Origin: a virus
Length of the DNA stretch: 64,000 nucleotides
Strand: one strand, 5' to 3'
Virus record (IMG/VR): IMGVR_UViG_3300024265_000031
A model generated the notes under the pieces. That model was given only the letters and a program-made list of their open reading frames with translations. It was not told where the DNA came from and ran no database searches. The stretch's first letter is position 1, and each line of letters opens with the position of its first letter. Shown here piece by piece: positions 9,711 to 18,549 of this stretch. The position numbers and the translations under genes are program-made.

Positions 9711-10107
9711 TGTAGATTGCTGTTTCTGCCATAATTTTTCTTAATATGTCCATATCTCCAGTTTTGTTATGTTGTCGTAAATCCTCTCTAATCTTTTTTA
9801 TACATTCTATTGCATGTTCATTTTCTTTTCTAAGAGATTCGACTTTAATTGTCTCGCTTCTTTTATTAACTTGTTCGCCATACATTTCCCACCACTTTTC
9901 ATCTAAATCGCCAGCGAATAGATGATTTGCTTCAGATTTTTCTATTTTTACCATAACAAATTTTCTTGTTACTTCATTTTCAAGTAACTTTTTGTGAGAT
10001 TTGGCAATCCAATGAGCTAAATCAATAGCTTCCAATGTTACGAGTCCATTTTCAGAGGTTGACCATATAACCCAACAAGGAATTTTTGGTTTATTTTCGT
10101 CTATCAT
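9700..10107 (-). CDS. Hypothetical protein
   Basis: GGAG RBS directly after palindromic site. Confidence 0.7.
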   Translation of the reverse strand: MIDENKPKIPCWVIWSTSENGLVTLEAIDLAHWIAKSHKKLLENEVTRKFVMVKIEKSEANHLFAGDLDEKWWEMYGEQVNKRSETIKVESLRKENEHAIECIKKIREDLRQHNKTGDMDILRKIMAETAIYNDR

Positions 10108-10131
10108 GTCTTCTCCAATAAAATATTGCTT

Positions 10132-10380
10132 TTATCTGAATAAGACAATTTTATTTTTTTTATCAACAAAGATATATACTGTTTCTTGGTGTTTTTCCAA
10201 TGTTCTGCCTAACAGTTGCCTTGATAACCAACAAGACTCCTTTTTCCATTTCATGTTTTCTTTTTTAATTTTAAGATTATCTATAATTAAGTCTTCATAT
10301 TGCTGATAATAATAAACATTATAGCCCCAAAATTCTCGTTCTATCTCTGCTTTTATTGCATCCACTATTTCTTTTTTCAT
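10132..10380 (-). CDS. Hypothetical protein (copy 1 of duplicated cassette)
   Basis: GGAG RBS; stop in palindrome arm; near-identical copy at 10859-11017. Confidence 0.75.
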   Translation of the reverse strand: MKKEIVDAIKAEIEREFWGYNVYYYQQYEDLIIDNLKIKKENMKWKKESCWLSRQLLGRTLEKHQETVYIFVDKKNKIVLFR

Positions 10381-10403
10381 ATTTTCTCCAATAAAAATTC
10401 ATT

Positions 10404-10595
10404 TTATTTAATTTTTTGAATCATTAATCTGGTTGCAAGATACACTATCGGACAAGGCCATGTAAATACTAGAATAATCCATGTCCAAACTTTTAACAAT
10501 GAAGACTTGCTTTCATCATCTCTTAAAGTACAATCCCAGTATGCTGATGCAAGAGCTAAACCACATAAATAATAAAGTATATATATTATAACCAC
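10404..10595 (-). CDS. Small membrane protein
   Basis: Two hydrophobic segments. Confidence 0.6.
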   Translation of the reverse strand: MVIIYILYYLCGLALASAYWDCTLRDDESKSSLLKVWTWIILVFTWPCPIVYLATRLMIQKIK

Positions 10596-10849
10596 TAAGA
10601 CGCTCCCTTTCCCTTAGTATCATTAAAAATATTGGCAACATCCCATTCCCACTGTTCTTCTGGATCTCCTATTTCTTGTTCCAAGATTGTTTGTGTCCTA
10701 TGCCACATATCTATTTGTAATTCTGGTGCTGCAAAAGATGCACTTGTTTGAGCTTTTCTAAGATTCATTATGAAAACGCCATGTTCTCTTATCTTAGGAA
10801 TACATTCTATAATTTCTTCTATTATATCATAAATATTTCTATCTGTCAT
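10595..10849 (-). CDS. Hypothetical protein
   Basis: AAGGA RBS, co-oriented. Confidence 0.7.
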   Translation of the reverse strand: MTDRNIYDIIEEIIECIPKIREHGVFIMNLRKAQTSASFAAPELQIDMWHRTQTILEQEIGDPEEQWEWDVANIFNDTKGKGAS

Positions 10850-10858
10850 TTTTTCCTT

Positions 10859-11017
10859 TTATCTGAACAAAACAATTTTATTCTTTTTCATGTTTTCTTT
10901 TTTAATTTTAAGATTATCTATAACCAAATCTTCATATTGTTGATAATAATAAACATTATAACCCCAAAATTCTCGTTCTATCTCTGCTTTTATTGCATCT
11001 ATTATTTCTTTTTTCAT
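10859..11017 (-). CDS. Hypothetical protein (copy 2, 52 aa, lacks 90 nt present in copy 1)
   Basis: MKKEIIDAIKAEIEREFWGYNVYYYQQYEDLVIDNLKIKKENMKKNKIVLFR. Confidence 0.7.
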   Translation of the reverse strand: MKKEIIDAIKAEIEREFWGYNVYYYQQYEDLVIDNLKIKKENMKKNKIVLFR

Positions 11018-11045
11018 ATTTTCTCCAATAAAACGTTGGTTTTAT

Positions 11046-11318
11046 CTAAATTACTACAACTGAATTTTCAATCACAAATTCAATCTCAACAAAATCTTTT
11101 CCTATTGTTACTGAAAACCCACCAGTGCTACATGCCCCAACATCTTTTTCACACAAATCAAACAACGTTTTGCAATTTTCTTTCATGTCTGATATGTTTG
11201 GCACTCCTTCAATGCCTGTCCAAGCCCAATTTAGATATTCCATAACATCTTTAACTGTTTTAAAATTAAAATTTTTCATTGCTTCATCAAATGCATTTTG
11301 TTTTTGTTCATTATTCAT
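11046..11318 (-). CDS. Hypothetical phage protein
   Basis: GGAG RBS; FNFKTVKDVM..LNWAW..STGGF pattern; flanked by sites. Confidence 0.75.
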   Translation of the reverse strand: MNNEQKQNAFDEAMKNFNFKTVKDVMEYLNWAWTGIEGVPNISDMKENCKTLFDLCEKDVGACSTGGFSVTIGKDFVEIEFVIENSVVVI

Positions 11319-11353
11319 TATTTCTCTCCAATAAAACGCCTGTTTTATTTAAA

Positions 11354-11596
11354 TTATTCTTGTTTCAAACTATTAATTTCTTCCTTTAAATCATCAATGG
11401 TATCAAGATATTGGGATTCACCTGATTCAAGAACTTCATAACCATAAGTCAAATCGGATAATTCCTCTTTTAGGTCTTCCACATTCTTTGTTAGTTTTTC
11501 AATAGCTTTTTCTTTATCATTTAAAAGTTGTGTTATCTCAAAATCAACAGCAAATCGTTTTCCGTTTATTTCAACCAAATATACTGTATCAACCAT
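11354..11596 (-). CDS. Hypothetical coiled-coil protein
   Basis: GGAG RBS; flanked by sites. Confidence 0.7.
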   Translation of the reverse strand: MVDTVYLVEINGKRFAVDFEITQLLNDKEKAIEKLTKNVEDLKEELSDLTYGYEVLESGESQYLDTIDDLKEEINSLKQE

Positions 11597-11813
11597 ATTT
11601 TTACTCCAGATAAAACAAGTGTTTTATTCAAATCCCATTTTCTTATAACAATCATCACATACTATTGAACAGTCATCTGTAGTAGAATCTTCGCCAAAAT
11701 TATTCTTCATTTCAGCCACAGCTTCTTCCTCTGACCAACCTTTTTCAAATTCTCCAGAACATACTGCACACTTATACTCATTATCTTTCATAATTATCTC
11801 CAAGATAAAACTG

Positions 11814-12098
11814 TCATTTTATCTTTATTCTATATCCAAGTGCTTGTTCAATTTCTTCATGTGTCATTTCGTTTACTTGAAAATATTTTTCATAATCTTC
11901 CTGTGTTGCTCCACTTCTATTGATATCAATATCATCACCCCAATTTACAGGCGCAACTTGCACATCAAACTCATTGAGCATTGCTTCGCACTTAAGATCC
12001 ATGGCGTACAATAAATCATTTGCCGTTTTATAGCAATTATTCATATCAACAGCATACAATGTCATTTTATATATTTTGATTGGGTGTGTTTCTGTCAT
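11814..12098 (-). CDS. Hypothetical protein with C-terminal MTxEEIEQxLGY motif
   Basis: AGGAG RBS; flanked by sites. Confidence 0.72.
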   Translation of the reverse strand: MTETHPIKIYKMTLYAVDMNNCYKTANDLLYAMDLKCEAMLNEFDVQVAPVNWGDDIDINRSGATQEDYEKYFQVNEMTHEEIEQALGYRIKIK

Positions 12099-12124
12099 CT
12101 TTACTCCTAGATAAAACGGTTATT

Positions 12125-12484
12125 TTATTTAGTCACAATTCCTATTTTATATCCTAATTGATCTTCAATTTCTTGTTGAGTCATTTTTATAATTTGATGA
12201 TCTTTATCCAAAATATTTTTCCAAAGATCACTTAATGGATTCCATGTAAATCCAGTTGTTCTTGTTGGCGCATATATTTTTGTTATGTTCATTCTTTCAA
12301 CATCAACAAATTCTATGTCATTTTTGGTAAAATAATAAATTGGATTCCATCCTTCATCATTACAATCATTAGTTTGACTAAATATAGTATCTTCCCCCAT
12401 ATAGGAATTTAAAACAACCATATATATTTTTCCCCCAAACGCTTCTATCAGCATTCCGCTTTTTAAATCACTTCTTTTTATCAT
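12125..12484 (-). CDS. Hypothetical protein with C-terminal MTxxEIEDQLGY motif
   Basis: AGGAG RBS; flanked by sites. Confidence 0.72.
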   Translation of the reverse strand: MIKRSDLKSGMLIEAFGGKIYMVVLNSYMGEDTIFSQTNDCNDEGWNPIYYFTKNDIEFVDVERMNITKIYAPTRTTGFTWNPLSDLWKNILDKDHQIIKMTQQEIEDQLGYKIGIVTK

Positions 12485-12600
12485 TTTTATCTCCTAGATA
12501 AAACAGGTATTTCATTTGCCAAAAATAAATGTAAGACCCAACATGATTAAAAATACAACAATGATAAGAGTCCCTGGATCGATTTCAAATTTTCCAAATT

Positions 12601-12822
12601 TCATATTTTTTCTCCTCGCTCTTCCATAATCCAATATTTTGCTTTATTTATAAATTGTCTGGCTGTTTCTGTATCTCCATGTTCCAACACTTATTGAGCA
12701 TCACTAAGGATTGACATAGCCCACAATAAATTATCATAGAACGAGCTTTGTTCTAATTGCATTTGTTTAATTGTTATACCAAACATTTCTATTTCTTGAT
12801 CTTTTTTGGATCCTGCTAACAT
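12601..12822 (-). pseudogene. Small phage gene with in-frame TAA at 12691-12693
   Basis: RBS and ATG at 12822; reads MLAGSKK...AMSILSDAQ*VLEHGDTETARQFINKAKY..., frame continues to TGA at 12601. Confidence 0.6.
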
Positions 12823-12870
12823 TTGTTTTCTCCTATTTTCTTGTATATTTAAATGAAATGAACCTTTTAT

Positions 12871-13068
12871 TTAAAGTATATATACTTGTTGTTTAATTTC
12901 TGTTATGCTTTCTACCCAACCTTCTTCTTTTAATTCTGGAACAACATTTTGAATGTTTAAACAAACGGCTGTAACATCTTGAGCAACTATAGAAACCGTC
13001 TTGTTATTGGCATATTCTTTTTTAAGTCTTATAACTACGTCATATACTTTCATTTTGCATCTCCTCAT
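12871..13068 (-). CDS. Hypothetical protein
   Basis: AGGAG RBS before internal ATG (MKVYDV); promoter TTGATA-17-TATAGT just upstream. Confidence 0.65.
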   Translation of the reverse strand: MRRCKMKVYDVVIRLKKEYANNKTVSIVAQDVTAVCLNIQNVVPELKEEGWVESITEIKQQVYIL

Positions 13069-13219
13069 ATTTTACTATATCATACTTGTTCGCTTTTATC
13101 AAATCACCACCCACTAGCCAATATTATAAGAGCACCTACCAAACAGAATAAACATCCATATTAAAGTACTATCTTCCATTTTATATCTCCTTGTATCTTA
13201 CTAAATTTTGATTTACTCA

Positions 13220-13265
13220 GTTCTCCTTCGGGATTCGAACCCAACACACCAATTCATGAGGAGAA
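13220..13265 (-). ncRNA. tRNA-like mini-RNA lacking an anticodon arm
   Basis: TTCTCCT/AGGAGAA 7-bp acceptor, TTGGG-TTCGAAT-CCCGA T arm, 14-nt D-like linker CATGAATTGGTGTG. Confidence 0.6.
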
Positions 13266-13293
13266 GTATTTCTATTATTGTAACATATTTGAC

Positions 13294-13689
13294 TTATTCT
13301 GTCAAGCCTAAATCTACTTCGACATCTGGAACAATTGTGCTTGGTCTAAAAATAACACGATAACGGTAAATACTTTCCGTTGATGATTCAATCTGTTCCG
13401 CAAAATACGTCACGTTATCTGATAATCCAAGAAAGTGTTTCTTGTATGCTTCAGGGCCAACCTTGCAAGTTACGGTCAATTCACCATCACTGTCATAATT
13501 TCCAAGAGAACACAGTCCTTCAATTTGCAAAATATATTCGCTTGTTATCCCATTGTAAAATACGATACGGCGCGTTACTTCAAAGTTATCAGCCGCAAGC
13601 GACAGATTCCTTGATGCTACGTCTGCTGGTTGAGCGCATCCACTGAAAATCAGAACAATCAACAATACAATCCAAAGTAATCTTTTCAT
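13294..13689 (-). CDS. Lipoprotein of a conserved phage family
   Basis: Signal peptide with lipobox FSGC; ADNFEVTRRIVFYNGIT motif. Confidence 0.8.
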   Translation of the reverse strand: MKRLLWIVLLIVLIFSGCAQPADVASRNLSLAADNFEVTRRIVFYNGITSEYILQIEGLCSLGNYDSDGELTVTCKVGPEAYKKHFLGLSDNVTYFAEQIESSTESIYRYRVIFRPSTIVPDVEVDLGLTE

Positions 13690-13937
13690 TTTTTATCCTT
13701 TTTATTTTTATAGTTTAGTCAATCTAAGTTATATCACATTTCTTATAAGCATCTCCAAATAAAATGTTGTTTTTATTTAAAAGCTGTAATGATCTGTAAA
13801 CCAAGAAATTCCTTTACCGCATATACAAATACCAGTAACCCACCCCCCAACGTGAATTAATCCACTGGCAGGAAAGAACCCTCCGATCAGACAAAATAAA
13901 AGCCCAATAAAAATAAGTATATCTGTTGCTGTTATTT

Positions 13938-14309
13938 TCATATCGTTTCCTTATACAATGCATTTTGAATTTCAAAAAATCCAAACGGCAAACCATTTAA
14001 TTTACCCTGCTTATCATAACTTGCTTTGGTTACATTGCCATTAATTATATGTACATCAATGTCCCAATAATCTAACCTGTTATCATTAATCATATGTCCA
14101 ATAAATGTAGGTGTTGTTTGTCTCAACGTATAAATATTTAAACAATTATAATCTCCCCCTTTTGCTAATGAAATATGTTCTAATATATACTCACATTCTT
14201 CTACTGGATTTCTTGATCTCTCTGGATAAAAAAGCTGCAATCCTTTCTTTTTTTGTTTAAATAATCCCACATCTTTTTCATTCTTCATAATTATTAAATT
14301 AATTTTCAT
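13938..14309 (-). CDS. Hypothetical protein
   Basis: AGGAG RBS before MKINL. Confidence 0.65.
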   Translation of the reverse strand: MKINLIIMKNEKDVGLFKQKKKGLQLFYPERSRNPVEECEYILEHISLAKGGDYNCLNIYTLRQTTPTFIGHMINDNRLDYWDIDVHIINGNVTKASYDKQGKLNGLPFGFFEIQNALYKETI

Positions 14310-14491
14310 TGTATATCTCCTGTTAGACAACCATTTTTACAATATGGATCACTATCTAAAAATTCTGTGTCATCACAATGATTTTCTTTACCACAAAAAA
14401 CACATGGCAACATTAATGGATCCTCTTCAAACATTTTTTTTACTTCTTTACTGTTACTTTCGATTAAACGTATGGTATTACTCATTACCAT
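14306..14491 (-). CDS. Small Cys-rich protein
   Basis: CVFC..C..C..C, overlapping operon structure. Confidence 0.6.
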   Translation of the reverse strand: MVMSNTIRLIESNSKEVKKMFEEDPLMLPCVFCGKENHCDDTEFLDSDPYCKNGCLTGDIQ

Positions 14492-14733
14492 TGATTCTCA
14501 GATTCTACTGGAACTTTGAATGCAAGAGCAAAACTTTGCAAGCATTTCTCACACAAATCAAAGTGCCATATTTGACCATCAAATCTAGATCCATAGCCAA
14601 ACCCAATTTTTATTTCTTGCATCAAACTTACAAAATGTTCGCTTGTTACTTGCTCTATTTCCCCACAACTATTGCAAACAATTTCAGACACTTCATAAAC
14701 AGTCTTTTTAGTTTCTCTTAGGAAATCTCTCAT
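14485..14733 (-). CDS. Small zinc-finger phage protein
   Basis: CNSC...FGYGSRFDG...DLCEKC. Confidence 0.75.
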   Translation of the reverse strand: MRDFLRETKKTVYEVSEIVCNSCGEIEQVTSEHFVSLMQEIKIGFGYGSRFDGQIWHFDLCEKCLQSFALAFKVPVESENQW

Positions 14734-15410
14734 GATTCCTCCAATCTTTTTTGTGCAATTTGGAACATGACTGGATCATTTTCGAGCCCCACACAATTCC
14801 TGTTATTGTCTTTTGCCCACCTTGCAGTAGTTCCTGAGCCAAGAAATGGATCAAGTATCCAATCATCTTCATCAGTAAATGGCAATAGCAATCTATCCAT
14901 AAGTTTCAATGATTTTTGCCATTGAACATTTTTGCCACTTTTGTCCTTGACTCTTTCTTTTGACATTGTATGAAAATTGCCCAAATCATAGAATACGTCA
15001 CAAGGAATTTTCAATCCAGTTCCCTTTTTATCTAATGCTGTACCTGCAGTTTTTTTGGGCACTCTAATACGATCATGATAAAACTTGTAATCTTTTCCTT
15101 TAGCCCAAATAAGAATGTCATCATGTTTTCTTGGAAAATATCGTTTAGAAACCCCTCCCCATTCCATGACATATATGGCATGATTAACAAAGTATGCTTT
15201 CAAATCATACTTGAATATCATCATATATTCACCTACAGTATGATGGTCTGTTTGCACAATAAATATACCATTTTCTTTGAGCAATTTCCAGCATATCTCT
15301 ACCCAATCAAAATTCATACTTTCATAGATACAATCTCCATAGACTAAATCAAACTGTTTATTAATCTGATTTAGCCATGTAAGATTGTCTGTGTTATGAA
15401 GTTCTATCAT
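14730..15410 (-). CDS. DNA amino-methyltransferase (N6A/N4C, beta-class order) with atypical catalytic motif
   Basis: C-terminal ILDPFLGSGTT SAM-binding motif, QK motif; motif IV reads DCIY instead of DPPY. Confidence 0.85.
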   Translation of the reverse strand: MIELHNTDNLTWLNQINKQFDLVYGDCIYESMNFDWVEICWKLLKENGIFIVQTDHHTVGEYMMIFKYDLKAYFVNHAIYVMEWGGVSKRYFPRKHDDILIWAKGKDYKFYHDRIRVPKKTAGTALDKKGTGLKIPCDVFYDLGNFHTMSKERVKDKSGKNVQWQKSLKLMDRLLLPFTDEDDWILDPFLGSGTTARWAKDNNRNCVGLENDPVMFQIAQKRLEES

Positions 15411-16438
15411 GCTGCCAACGCATACTCTTCTATGACTTTTACGCCACGATTCATTGCATTGGCGCGCTGACCAAAAAGGATTGAATTTTCAGGTTTCTTC
15501 CTTGTAGCTCTAGCCCAGTTTTCCATTTCGCTGACTGAATTCCAGAGATCATAACACGTATTTCCAGCAATTCCAGTTCCTTCACCATCAAACAATCTCA
15601 TTGTCAAATCAACATCTCGCTCAGACTTTACAATTGATTGTTCAACTAAATCTTCCCTGGCTGGCCTCAATTCATCTGGGTAGTATTCTGGAACTTGTGG
15701 CAATGAAGGATAGACATCAAACAATAAGTTATATGCTTCAGAACGACCTATTGAAGTTCGTTCAAACAGATTGAACAAATTCTCTGTAGCAAAAGCTTGT
15801 TGTTCTGCATTCTGTTGAACATAGTTCATCCAGATACCCAACTCTTTTGCCATCTCTTTAGAGTTATGTCTTCCTGTCCAAATCTTTCCCCTTCCCTTTT
15901 CTTTAGATTGTTCAGCTTGTGAAATAGCAGCCATCCATGTATTCTGACATACCACACGAATTGTAACTACATTTAGTTGCGCTCCCAATTTAGAATCAAA
16001 TCCAAGCGCTACAAATCCATAAGTATCAATTTGGTCGTTTTTACGTACATCAAAACTATTCAACTTCCAAGTGAGAAACATTTTTTCACCCTTTCCTAAA
16101 AATCCAAGAGTTTCTACAGGACGATTAACCTTTTCATCAAACAGATCAATGGCTGTTTCTGGCTGAAGAATCTGATATCTGTCACTGGCGAATCCCATGA
16201 CGCGTTCCTGCGGATCTTCTAGAATCGGAGAACGAACAATACAAATCTGCTCAGTCTCCCTCAGTTCACCATTGAGAAACACACTTACTGGTCTAGTGTC
16301 AAACACTACAAATCCGTTAATCTTCTCCATAGAATCCCTGCCATTTAGAGGCTCTTGGGATACATGACCTAATTCATGCCATGCTGGAGTTCTCAACCCA
16401 TAAAATCTTTCGCCTAGCACATTTCCTGACATCATCAT
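15407..16438 (-). CDS. DUF932 / phage-plasmid LGT family protein
   Basis: RTPAWHELG, YQILQP, ETLGFL, TIRVVCQNT motifs. Confidence 0.85.
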   Translation of the reverse strand: MMMSGNVLGERFYGLRTPAWHELGHVSQEPLNGRDSMEKINGFVVFDTRPVSVFLNGELRETEQICIVRSPILEDPQERVMGFASDRYQILQPETAIDLFDEKVNRPVETLGFLGKGEKMFLTWKLNSFDVRKNDQIDTYGFVALGFDSKLGAQLNVVTIRVVCQNTWMAAISQAEQSKEKGRGKIWTGRHNSKEMAKELGIWMNYVQQNAEQQAFATENLFNLFERTSIGRSEAYNLLFDVYPSLPQVPEYYPDELRPAREDLVEQSIVKSERDVDLTMRLFDGEGTGIAGNTCYDLWNSVSEMENWARATRKKPENSILFGQRANAMNRGVKVIEEYALAA

Positions 16439-16481
16439 TTTATATATCTCCTTTATTTTCTAGTCTAATTTATCTTACTTA

Positions 16482-16510
16482 ATTATATCATATTTGATTC
16501 ATTATGTCAA
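16482..16510 (-). promoter_or_regulatory. sigma70-type promoter
   Basis: TTGACA-17-TATAAT, TG extension. Confidence 0.85.
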
Positions 16511-16549
16511 GTCAAAATTGTTATTGTAGCTACGGATAAAATCCATGTT

Positions 16550-16741
16550 TTATTTGGGAAACCATGAGCCTGATTTTTCGTCTTGTTGCCAAAATCTTTT
16601 TGCAACTTCTAAGTCCCTTTTCAAGCATCTTATTTCATGAGAAATATTAACTTCATCATTAAAATTGGTGCAACAATGCAATGCACCTATAGCTTTATCA
16701 AGCCTGTTTTGTATGTCTATGGGATTGAATTTTCTATTCAT
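16550..16741 (-). CDS. Hypothetical protein
   Basis: AAGGAG RBS; stop in palindrome arm. Confidence 0.7.
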   Translation of the reverse strand: MNRKFNPIDIQNRLDKAIGALHCCTNFNDEVNISHEIRCLKRDLEVAKRFWQQDEKSGSWFPK

Positions 16742-16759
16742 TTTTCTCCTTGTTTCACT

Positions 16760-16880
16760 TAATTATCTAGTATACTAGATAATTATATAATTGTTAAGAA
16801 TCTTTTTTAATTTTGTTATTAATATTTATCTAGAATACTATATTATTATGGTTGTATCTAGTATTCTATATTATTAAATA
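16760..16880. promoter_or_regulatory. Operator/iteron-like cluster TATCTAGWATWCTA including a perfect 26-bp palindrome
   Basis: TAATTATCTAGTATACTAGATAATTA at 16760-16785 plus two direct copies near 16827 and 16855; adjoins minus-strand promoter 16875-16903. Confidence 0.55.
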
Positions 16881-16914
16881 TCATACTTTTCAAATTTTGT
16901 CAAGGGTACAAATG

Positions 16915-17271
16915 TTATGACTTTGCTAAATCTTTTCCACATTTACATGTACAGTTTTTAAATGTATCTAAATCAACATCTTGGGCTTTGCGTCCACATT
17001 CACATGCAATTACGGATATCGTTTTTTCTTCTTCCATGTCTCGAATGAAATATTTATACATATCATTTTTCTTGTTCCATAACTTGATCAATTTGCGAAA
17101 TGCTGTTATGTTCTTGCACCACACAGAGCCCTTTGTTATTTCTTTGTTGCGCCATAGATTTTCACATTCATAGAAAAATTGTTTATAGGGTCGCAATTCA
17201 ACTGGCACTTGCCATTCTTCGTAGAAGTGTTTAAGTTGATCAAGTTCGTCTTTTGGTTTAGTTACGTTCAT
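16915..17271 (-). CDS. Hypothetical protein with C-terminal zinc ribbon
   Basis: GGAGG RBS; CECG...CKCG. Confidence 0.72.
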   Translation of the reverse strand: MNVTKPKDELDQLKHFYEEWQVPVELRPYKQFFYECENLWRNKEITKGSVWCKNITAFRKLIKLWNKKNDMYKYFIRDMEEEKTISVIACECGRKAQDVDLDTFKNCTCKCGKDLAKS

Positions 17272-17497
17272 AGCCTACCTCCAAATAAAATGTCTCTTTT
17301 ATTGTGGCATTATCAAAAATACACCAGTAACAACAACCAATATTATTGTGGCTATTGCCACATATATTTTATTGTAGTTGCTAATCCCATGGTCTGCCAC
17401 ATCATAATAAAAGAAGCAATGAATGGTGAAGCTATAAGCAAGCATCCTATTATAAGTCTTATCATAATTTTCTCCTTCAAATAAACATTTTTTTTAT

Positions 17498-17833
17498 TTA
17501 ATCCATATTATCAGAAATAAGTTTGGCTCCATACGCTACTATTGCTAATACCACAAATGCTATAGCCCATCCTATCAGTATTTGCCAGCCCTTAGTAATA
17601 ATTGATATAATCATTATAATTGTAATTGGAGAGGTCGCCATTAGGATACCCATAAATAGCTTAAATTTTCTTTTATTCATGCTTACAAAGCTACCAAGAA
17701 TCAATCCAAGAATCAAACAAGAAGTCCACCCTGCCCAAAACGGTAAACCCCCAATGATAACTAAGAATATGTATAAAATTGTCCCGCAAAACATAATGAA
17801 AATTGCTTTTCCAATATTTCTTATTACTCTCAT
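17498..17833 (-). CDS. Four-helix membrane protein
   Basis: AAGGAG RBS; four hydrophobic segments. Confidence 0.72.
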   Translation of the reverse strand: MRVIRNIGKAIFIMFCGTILYIFLVIIGGLPFWAGWTSCLILGLILGSFVSMNKRKFKLFMGILMATSPITIIMIISIITKGWQILIGWAIAFVVLAIVAYGAKLISDNMD

Positions 17834-18066
17834 ATTTTTCTCCTTCAGAAATCTTTTATTATGTTGATTTCAATATCACGATTATAAATATAAGGATCAT
17901 ACAAACAAAAGAAGAACCTAAAACAATTCTTGTTCCTTCAATATCTTTTTCTGAGTCTAGGCGCAGACCGTTGAAAAAATTGATTATTGTAATTGCAATA
18001 TTAAAAATCATCCAGCCTTTATCAAATGTATTCATACTTTCTCCTTTGATAAAACCAACCTTTTAT

Positions 18067-18285
18067 CTAGCTTACAACACGTCTTTGAATTTCCTTTCTT
18101 TGTAGAGAAACAACATACCCACTAAGATCAAGTCTTATATCATAGGGTTTATCAAATGATGGGTTGATTTCTTCTATTGTTCCTTTAATTTCATCACCAT
18201 AGAATTTCTGCTCTGGGGTGTTGAAAAATTTAATCATTACGGTATCTCCTACATCTAGTTTTCTAGTCATATTTCTCCTTGACAA
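18067..18285 (-). CDS. Small SH3-like hypothetical protein
   Basis: AAGGAG RBS before MTRK; VGDTV motif. Confidence 0.6.
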   Translation of the reverse strand: MSRRNMTRKLDVGDTVMIKFFNTPEQKFYGDEIKGTIEEINPSFDKPYDIRLDLSGYVVSLQRKEIQRRVVS

Positions 18286-18307
18286 ATTTCAAATTTTGTG
18301 GTAGAAT
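18279..18307 (+). promoter_or_regulatory. sigma70-type promoter pointing antisense to the surrounding genes
   Basis: TTGACA-17-TAGAAT with TG extension on the plus strand. Confidence 0.6.
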
Positions 18308-18315
18308 TTTTTATT

Positions 18316-18549
18316 TTACCAATTGGCACAGACAAATTTTGCAAAGTCGCCATGCCAAATTTGTGAGTTACCAGTGCTTTCTCGTCTACGGGGAAAATTC
18401 TTAAAATGTTGATATATGTATTCAAGTTCATTGCCTGTTGCTTTTACCCAAACTACCGTATTAACATAGTTGATTGGGTGTATATCGTTACCAAGATATT
18501 GCCTATATTCAATTAGTTCAAATTGCTGAGATGTTTTTATATATAGCAT
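18316..18549 (-). CDS. Hypothetical protein
   Basis: Co-oriented ORF with RBS. Confidence 0.65.
   Translation of the reverse strand: MLYIKTSQQFELIEYRQYLGNDIHPINYVNTVVWVKATGNELEYIYQHFKNFPRRRESTGNSQIWHGDFAKFVCANW

Noticed and set aside
13294-13689. Recombination directionality factor label sometimes attached to this family
   Set aside because: Clear signal peptide and lipobox indicate a lipoprotein; not used as support for the cassette hypothesis
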